A stretch of 63,871 nt of DNA, counting the filler, from Basidiobolus ranarum (lineage: Eukaryota): the NCBI GenBank assembly GCA_040143965.1. It is 44 parts of 44 records of this genome, joined end to end, with 100 filler letters (N's around TTAATTAATTAA, not from the genome) between each part and the next. Parts side by side here need not be neighbours in the genome. Positions count along the whole stretch, not along the records: positions 62,526 to 63,871 come from JASJQH010012334.1; 43 more parts are not named here. One strand, written 5' to 3'. A program made the position numbers and the translations under genes. The notes below the pieces were generated by a model. That model was not told the origin of the DNA. It saw only the letters and a list, made by a program, of their open reading frames with translations, and made no database searches. The number at the start of each line of letters is the position of its first letter. Position 1 is the stretch's first letter. Shown here piece by piece: positions 62,526-63,871 of the stretch.

Positions 62526-62955
62526 TAGTTTGCTGGTAAAGCATATTGATGTTGTTGAGTTATGTCTAATCAGTCAAATATGTGCATATGTAGAGACTAA
62601 ACACAACAAGATTCTTGTATTTTTTGATTCTCATTTTGGCTGGAATACAAAGCCTAAAATATCTAAATAAAGGCATGCATATTAATTCGAATTCCTACAG
62701 CAGTAAACACAGTAATTTGCCATTCAAAAATTATATTTTGGTAAAATTGCTTGATATTGAATAACGCATGCCAAATTTGAGGATCAATATTTTAACATGT
62801 ATGAATACCACCAAGATACCGTCAAGAAACTGCCGTCACATCATCATAATCCCTGGCAGAATGCAAGCTAACGATATTGCAACGGTTCTCTGACGGTTTT
62901 GTTATTTTGGAGGGTGGATCCGATCCGGATCAAATCGATTTTATTTTTGTTAGGG
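62526..62955 (+). mobile_element. CMC transposase 3' end and terminus B (CpG-retaining copy)
   Basis: Ends TTTTTGTTAGGG. Confidence 0.9.
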
Positions 62956-63871
62956 GATGTTTTGAGTTACCAATTCTGCTGTTTGTTTTGCATCAATTGA
63001 CTTGTTGCAGGGCACAAAGTGGGCCATTTTTGTTAGATGGTCAACAATTACCAGAATTGAATCATATTTGGCAGACATAGATAGATCAGTTATGCAATCT
63101 AGGGATATGGATTTCCACTGCTGATCAGGAATTGCAAGTGGCTGTAGGAGGCCATAGGGCTGATGTCTTGGAGTCTTCACTCAAGCACAAGTATCACAGG
63201 TGGAAACATAAGTCTTGACAAATGCAAACATTTTGGGCCACCAATAGTCCCTGGATGCCAACATATATGATTTGGCAACACCAAAGTGTCCTGCCAGTGG
63301 TGAGTCATGTCTTTCCTGCATGATTTTGAGTCTGGAAGTGTGGTCTGGAATGTAAAGGTGCTTCTTATAAAACAAAAGATCATTGATGATAGAGAAATGG
63401 TGGTACAAGTTCAAGCTTGAGAGGTCTTTGGGTGTTTCCTGGGCTTTCTTGATTGATATTACCAATGCATCTTCAGATTGGAGTTTGCGGATGTCTTCAT
63501 GGAATGTGCTTGAACTAGGCAGAGAAAGGGCAGTTGCACTAATTTGAAGTTGGTGGGGCTTCAGTAAGGAAGTATTTTGTTGGCCAAAGGCCTCATCCCC
63601 TTCTTTAGGCTGATATTCTGCTCTACGTGATAAGGCATCAGGTTTTCCTTGCTGGCTACCTGGTCAATATGTAATCACAAAATCAAAACTGGCAAGAAAT
63701 AATGACCATCTTGCTTGATGATGGTTGAGAACTTTGGTTGTACTAAAATACTGAAGATTCTTGTGATCACAATAAACTGTGATTTTGTGATTTGCTCCAT
63801 TCAAGTATTGTTGCCATTGTTCAAACACAGCAATAATTGCTAATAGTTCCTTGTCATAGATGTCATAGTTG
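62956..63871 (-). pseudogene. Chromovirus RNase H and integrase zinc finger/core
   Basis: [48 protein letters not shown]. Confidence 0.95.

Overview
This is not a continuous locus. It is an artificial concatenation of 44 size-sorted contigs (about 1,362 down to 1,346 bp), each joined by a 100-bp linker (44 N + TTAATTAATTAA + 44 N), so adjacency across linkers has no biological meaning. The DNA is eukaryotic and fungal. An EFL (EF-like GTPase) C-terminus, an intronless bacterial-type NRPS fragment and an AA11-like LPMO suggest an early-diverging fungus such as Basidiobolus (inference). Most contigs are nests of decayed, CpG-depleted transposons: Ty1/copia elements primed by half-tRNA-iMet, a Ty3/gypsy chromovirus, a second gypsy with a tRNA-Lys PBS, a CMC/CACTA-type DNA transposon with CCCTAACA ends and a divergent second ORF, a PHIS (Harbinger/ISL2EU/Pangu-like) transposon with a related MITE, and a probable non-LTR ORF1. 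The most notable hidden element is a decayed Fanzor (eukaryotic TnpB-like RNA-guided nuclease) at 39341-40291, split by a copia solo LTR. Most host-gene contigs are spacers of tandem gene arrays (ADH, substrate-binding-like protein, alkaline phosphatase, GH20, LPMO/CBM). There are also two degenerate tRNA-like sequences.
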